Positions 27,724 to 32,000 of a stretch of 32,000 bases of DNA are shown here, one piece after another. Below the pieces are notes generated by a model. That model ran no database searches. It saw nothing but the letters and a program-made list of their open reading frames with translations, and had not been told where the DNA came from. The DNA is taken from contig CP059204.1 in NCBI GenBank assembly GCA_014251975.1, positions 450,001 through 482,000 of the forward strand, in the 5' to 3' direction. This DNA is from Blattabacterium cuenoti. GTDB lineage: Bacteria; Bacteroidota; Bacteroidia; Flavobacteriales; Blattabacteriaceae. Position numbers and translations under genes: made by a program. Positions within the stretch are counted from its first letter, which is position 1; every line of letters begins with the position of its first letter.

Positions 27724-29424
27724 ATGTATTCAAACAAGAAAATTGTTCAAATTTTAGGTGAAGTTTTAAAATTTAATAAAATAAAAAATATAATTATATC
27801 TCCAGGATCTAGAAATGTTCCAATAATTATTAATTTTTTTAATAAAAAATTTTTTAACACTTATAGTATAATTGATGAAAGATGTGCTGGATTTTTTGCA
27901 CTAGGATTATCACAACAAATAAAAAAACCTGTTATATTAAATTGTACTTCTGGTTCTTCAGTAGTAAACTATTACCCATCAATAACAGAAGCATTTTATC
28001 AAAAAATACCTATAATTATTATAACTTCTGATCGTCCTAAAGAAATGATAGATACATTTGATGGTCAATCTATTTATCAAGAAAAAATTTTTGGTAAACA
28101 TGTAGTAAATTCTACTCAACTTACTGAAGATGAAACTAAAAATGGAGTTTGGTACAATGGTAGATTGATAAATGAATCTATTAATACTTGTATTTTAACA
28201 AAAAAACCTATACATATTAATATTCCTTTATCTGAACCCCTTTATAAAACATCAACTCATATAAAAGTAAATACTAAAATTATAAAAATATTTTATACAA
28301 AAAATATTATTGAATATAATCAATATAAAAATGAAAAAAAAATATGGAATAAGTGTAAAAAAAAAATGATTTTATTAGGAATGAATTCTCCTAATAAAAA
28401 TTTAAAAAAAATTTTAAAAAAAATAAACATAGATTCTTCAATAATTATTTTATCAGAAACTACTTCTCAAATATGTGGAAATAATTTTTTTTCTAATATA
28501 GAACAACTTCTTTTTAGTATGACAATTAAAAGTTGGAATACTAATTTTAAACCTAAAATAATATTAACTATTGGAATAAATATAATTTCTAAAAAGATAA
28601 AATATTTTTTAAAAAAAAAATCTCCTAAATATCATTGGCATATAGGAGATGATAATGGATGTCCAGATAATTATAAAAAATTAACCGTTCATTTTACTAT
28701 TAATCCTGAATTTTTTTTTAAAAAAATTTATGATAAAAAAAACATAGTGATATCAAATTATAAAAAAAATTGGGAAAAATTACAAAAAAAAATAATTAAA
28801 AAACAAAAATTTTTTTTAAAAAAAGAAACGAGTTTTTCTGATCTAACAGTCCTTTTTATAGTTTTTTCTAGAATACCAAAATATTCTATAATTCACTTAG
28901 GAAATAGTATGATTATAAGATATTATCAAATTTTAAAAACAAAAAATTCAATTAAATCTTATTGTAATAGAGGTGTTTCAGGTATAGATGGAAGTGTATC
29001 TACTGCTATAGGGGCATCAATAGCAATAAAAAAAAATAAAGTTACATTAATTGTTGGAGATATTAGCTTTTTTTATGATAGTAATGCATTATGGAATAAA
29101 TATGTACCAAATAATTTCAGAATTATTTTAATAAATAATGGAGGAGGAAATATTTTTGATTTTATTTATAATAATAATAAAATCAACTTAAATGATAAAA
29201 TTTTGGAGTTTTTAATAACTAAACATAATTTATCTGCACAAAAAATATGTGAAATGTATAATTGGAAATATAAAATAGCAAATAATAAAATATTACTAGA
29301 AGATATATTATATTCTTTTTGGGAAAAAACTAACAGACCTAGTCTATTAGAGATTAATACTAAAAAACATAATAATGCAAAAATTTTAAAAAAATTTCTT
29401 TTATATTCTTCTAAAAATAAATAG
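27724..29424 (+). CDS. menD: 2-succinyl-5-enolpyruvyl-6-hydroxy-3-cyclohexene-1-carboxylate (SEPHCHC) synthase
   Basis: 566 aa ThDP enzyme. The N-terminal SPGSRNVP...IDERCAGFFALG...CTSGSSVVNYYPSITEA...ITSDRP and the C-terminal GVSGIDG....GDISFFYDSNAL pattern match MenD. Confidence 0.85.
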   Translation: MYSNKKIVQILGEVLKFNKIKNIIISPGSRNVPIIINFFNKKFFNTYSIIDERCAGFFALGLSQQIKKPVILNCTSGSSVVNYYPSITEAFYQKIPIIIITSDRPKEMIDTFDGQSIYQEKIFGKHVVNSTQLTEDETKNGVWYNGRLINESINTCILTKKPIHINIPLSEPLYKTSTHIKVNTKIIKIFYTKNIIEYNQYKNEKKIWNKCKKKMILLGMNSPNKNLKKILKKINIDSSIIILSETTSQICGNNFFSNIEQLLFSMTIKSWNTNFKPKIILTIGINIISKKIKYFLKKKSPKYHWHIGDDNGCPDNYKKLTVHFTINPEFFFKKIYDKKNIVISNYKKNWEKLQKKIIKKQKFFLKKETSFSDLTVLFIVFSRIPKYSIIHLGNSMIIRYYQILKTKNSIKSYCNRGVSGIDGSVSTAIGASIAIKKNKVTLIVGDISFFYDSNALWNKYVPNNFRIILINNGGGNIFDFIYNNNKINLNDKILEFLITKHNLSAQKICEMYNWKYKIANNKILLEDILYSFWEKTNRPSLLEINTKKHNNAKILKKFLLYSSKNK

Positions 29425-29982
29425 TATAATATACAAAAATAATTTAATTCTAGAAAAAATCTCTCTAATATATATTTTATTATCATAAGGTATACTTTTA
29501 GCGTTAAATCCTATAATATGTAATCCTATACAATCCCCTATAAAAATAGCTCTTTCATTATGAAATTTTTGAGATATAATAGTAAATTTTTTTTGGTGGA
29601 AAATTTTATAAACTCTTGTAATTGAAAATATAGTATTAATACCATATAAATCTTCATATATTACATTAGATGGAATACCTTTCTTTATTAATTCGTACTT
29701 CATCATCTTTGGTTCATTATAATATTTTTCCCTATTGTCTCCACTTACAATTATATATTGTATTTTTTTATTTTTAAATAAATTATAAGCTGCGTCTATT
29801 CTATACTTAAAATAATAATTTAATCCTCCTTTTTGTAAATATTTAGAAGTCCCTAATACTACACCAAAAGTATTATATGGAATGTTTATTAAAGTATCAT
29901 AATTTCTTTTTTTAGACCATAAACTAATACCAAAATAACAAATTAATATAAAATATATTGTAATAAATAATATTTTTTTGAT
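29401..29982 (-). CDS. SanA/YdcF (DUF218) family envelope protein; no canonical start codon (possible ATC/ATA initiation or start-loss pseudogene)
   Basis: The ORF track shows only the last 101 aa (from ATG 29706). My own translation shows the frame is open up to 30000. It encodes ...KKILFITIYFILICYFGISLWSKKRNYDTLINIPYNTFGVVLGTSKYLQKGGLNYYFKYRIDAAYNLFKNKKIQYIIVSGDNREKYYNEPKMMKYEL..., which matches the SanA TM anchor and its GVVLGT and SGDN...YNEP blocks. The 5' end given (ATC at 29980-29982) is a guess. Confidence 0.7.
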   Translation of the reverse strand: MKKILFITIYFILICYFGISLWSKKRNYDTLINIPYNTFGVVLGTSKYLQKGGLNYYFKYRIDAAYNLFKNKKIQYIIVSGDNREKYYNEPKMMKYELIKKGIPSNVIYEDLYGINTIFSITRVYKIFHQKKFTIISQKFHNERAIFIGDCIGLHIIGFNAKSIPYDNKIYIREIFSRIKLFLYIILFIFRRI

Positions 29983-29986
29983 ATTA

Positions 29987-32000
29987 TTAAGTAATATTTT
30001 CTATTATCCATTTACCTTCTTTAATATATAATTCAGCTTGTTTAAATTTCATTTTTTTTATTTCTCCAGTAATTAAATGTATTATATTTACTCTTTTATT
30101 TCTACCAATCTTTTTGTTATAATAATCTTCATAAATATTAAATTTTGGAATACATAATATATTTTCTTTTAAAAATGTTGATTTAAATAAAAAAGATATA
30201 ATATTTTCATAAATATTATAAATTTTATCTTGAAATAAATTAAAAGCATTTTGTTTATAAACAATTAAAGGATCTTTCTGTTCAAAAACAGCATTTTGTA
30301 CAGAATATCGTAAACTATCCATTTCTAGTAAATGCTTTTTCCACTTTTTATCAATAAAATATAATATTGTAAATTTTTCTAATCTAGATAATAATATTTT
30401 ACCTTTAGTTTTTTCATATTCTATAAAATTACAATTAGATGAAATTTCTTTTAATCCATATTTAAACAAAACTTGTATATCATATTTATTAAAATTTTTT
30501 ATATTATTTTTAATATTAAAAATAATTGGATTAATTTTATTTATAATAATTTTTTTATTTTTATTATAGTATTCTATTATAATTTTATGTATATCATTAA
30601 TAAAATTATTTTTTTTATTTATTAAAATACCATATTCCTTAATATCTATACCAAAAATATTTAATAATTTGTATTCTAATTTACACGAAGATTTATTTAT
30701 AGAAATTATAATATCTAATAATACATAAATCATATTATATATATCTATATTTAATTTATATCCCCCCTTTAATGCATTTCTACGTTTTTTATAAATAAAT
30801 TCTCTTTGTTTATTAATTACATCATCGTAATCTAGTAAACGTTTTCTTATACTAAAATTATTATCTTCTATTTTTTTTTGTGCTTTTTTAATAGATTTAG
30901 TAATTAAAGGGTGTTGTATAATATCTCCTTCCTTATGCCCAAATCTATCCATAAGTTTTGAAAGATTTCCAGGATCAAAAAATAAACGAATAAGATAATC
31001 TTCTAAAGAAACATAAAATTGAGTATTACCCGGATTACCTTGTCTTCCAGATCTTCCTCTTAATTGATTATCTACTCTTCTTGAATCATGTCTCTCTGTA
31101 CCCAATACTGATAATCCACCATTATTAATTACAAAATCAGATAATTTAATATCTGTACCTCTACCTGCCATATTTGTAGCTATAGTAACAGATCCTGGTA
31201 ATCCAGCTTTTTCTATTATTTCAGCTTCTTTTTCATGCATTTTTGCATTCAAAACATTATGTGATATATTTTTCAATTTTAAAGCTCTACTAATAAATTC
31301 TGATACCTCTACAGAGGTAGTCCCTACAAGAACAGGACATTTTTTTTTTTTTGATAAATATATAATTTTTCTTATTATAGCATTATATTTTTCTTTTCTC
31401 GTTTTAAAAATAATATCTTGATTATCTATTCTTTTTAAAGGTTTATTTGATGGTATTATAACTACATCTAAATTATATATGTGCCAAAATTCTCCAGATT
31501 CTGTTTCTGCAGTACCTGTCATACCAGAAATTTTGTTATACATTCTAAAGTAATTTTGTAAAGTAATAGTAGCTAAAGTTTGACTAGAAGATTCTATATA
31601 CAAATTTTCTTTAGCTTCTATAGCTTGATGTAGTCCATTAGAATAACGTCTACCTTCCATAACACGTCCTGTTTGTTCATCTACTATTTTTACTTTTCCT
31701 TTTAAAACAATATAATCTATATTTTTTTTAAATAAAGTATAAGCTTTTAATAACTGATTTACAACATGAATCCTTTGTGATTTTAAAGAAAAATTTTTTA
31801 TTAATTTTTCTTTTTCTTTTAATTTTTCTTGTTTTAAAAAATTTTTTTTTTCCAACTCAAATAACTCTAAATTAATATCAGGTAAAATAAAAAATTTAGA
31901 ATCTTTTACATATTTGGATAAAAATTCAAACCCTTTATCAGTTAATTCTACTGTATTGTTTTTTTCATCTATTACAAAATATAAATCTTTATCTACCTTA
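29987..32000 (-). CDS. secA: Preprotein translocase ATPase SecA, C-terminal ~670 aa (gene continues beyond the right edge)
   Basis: It carries the motifs SGMTGTAETE, TNMAGRGTDI and GRSGRQGNPG. The ORF-track start at 31855 is an internal TTG. My own translation of 31856-31999 stays open in the same frame (KVDKDLYFVIDEKNNTVELTDKGFEFLSKYVKDSKFFILPDINLELFEL...) and is SecA-like. Confidence 0.95.
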   Translation of the reverse strand, partial: KVDKDLYFVIDEKNNTVELTDKGFEFLSKYVKDSKFFILPDINLELFELEKKNFLKQEKLKEKEKLIKNFSLKSQRIHVVNQLLKAYTLFKKNIDYIVLKGKVKIVDEQTGRVMEGRRYSNGLHQAIEAKENLYIESSSQTLATITLQNYFRMYNKISGMTGTAETESGEFWHIYNLDVVIIPSNKPLKRIDNQDIIFKTRKEKYNAIIRKIIYLSKKKKCPVLVGTTSVEVSEFISRALKLKNISHNVLNAKMHEKEAEIIEKAGLPGSVTIATNMAGRGTDIKLSDFVINNGGLSVLGTERHDSRRVDNQLRGRSGRQGNPGNTQFYVSLEDYLIRLFFDPGNLSKLMDRFGHKEGDIIQHPLITKSIKKAQKKIEDNNFSIRKRLLDYDDVINKQREFIYKKRRNALKGGYKLNIDIYNMIYVLLDIIISINKSSCKLEYKLLNIFGIDIKEYGILINKKNNFINDIHKIIIEYYNKNKKIIINKINPIIFNIKNNIKNFNKYDIQVLFKYGLKEISSNCNFIEYEKTKGKILLSRLEKFTILYFIDKKWKKHLLEMDSLRYSVQNAVFEQKDPLIVYKQNAFNLFQDKIYNIYENIISFLFKSTFLKENILCIPKFNIYEDYYNKKIGRNKRVNIIHLITGEIKKMKFKQAELYIKEGKWIIENIT

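Noticed and set aside
29166-29486. 106-aa ORF on the minus strand
   Set aside because: It is mostly antisense to menD and in a different frame from the SanA-like gene, so it is a shadow ORF.
31853-31855. TTG reported as the secA start
   Set aside because: The frame stays open to the window edge and the upstream translation is clearly SecA (YFVIDEKNNTVELTDKGFEFL). The TTG is an internal Leu codon and the gene is 5'-truncated by the window.

Overview
This window is extremely AT-rich and gene-dense, and reads as part of a strongly reduced bacterial genome. Gene content and local gene order point to a Bacteroidota (Flavobacteriales-type) obligate insect endosymbiont: acpP-fabF-rnc, uppS-bamA, pdhA-pdhC without pdhB, a stand-alone atpD-atpC pair, a DUF1599 protein, an AddB-like PD-(D/E)XK protein, and a SecA with no C-terminal zinc finger. 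I support about 31 protein-coding genes and one tRNA-Phe. All are housekeeping: cell envelope and secretion (murF, uppS, bamA, secA, tatA, sanA-like), lipid synthesis (acpP, fabF, fabG), energy (pdhA, pdhC, atpDC), translation (tyrS, prfB, engB, rluB, rnc), cofactors and nucleotides (ribF, nadK, cmk), and chorismate-linked genes (aroQ, menD). I see no CRISPR array, transposase, integrase, phage gene, toxin-antitoxin pair or recognisable defence or secondary-metabolite cluster, so I do not claim a novel multi-gene system. Six things deserve a second look. (1) An AddB-like nuclease gene is split exactly at a T10 run that forms a U_UUU_UUA-stop slippery site. (2) A full-length SanA/DUF218 gene has conserved N-terminal codons that contain no ATG, GTG, TTG or CTG start, and it begins 4 nt after the secA stop. 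(3) A 57-codon tatA gene is missing from the ORF track. (4) Two unusually long non-coding spacers (571 bp and 686 bp) carry short tandem repeats in an otherwise overlapping-gene genome. (5) Very long in-frame poly(A/T) tracts sit inside essential genes. (6) prfB is uninterrupted, with no programmed frameshift. The ORF track also truncates secA (it runs off the right edge), over-extends nadK, and misses a partial gene at the left edge.
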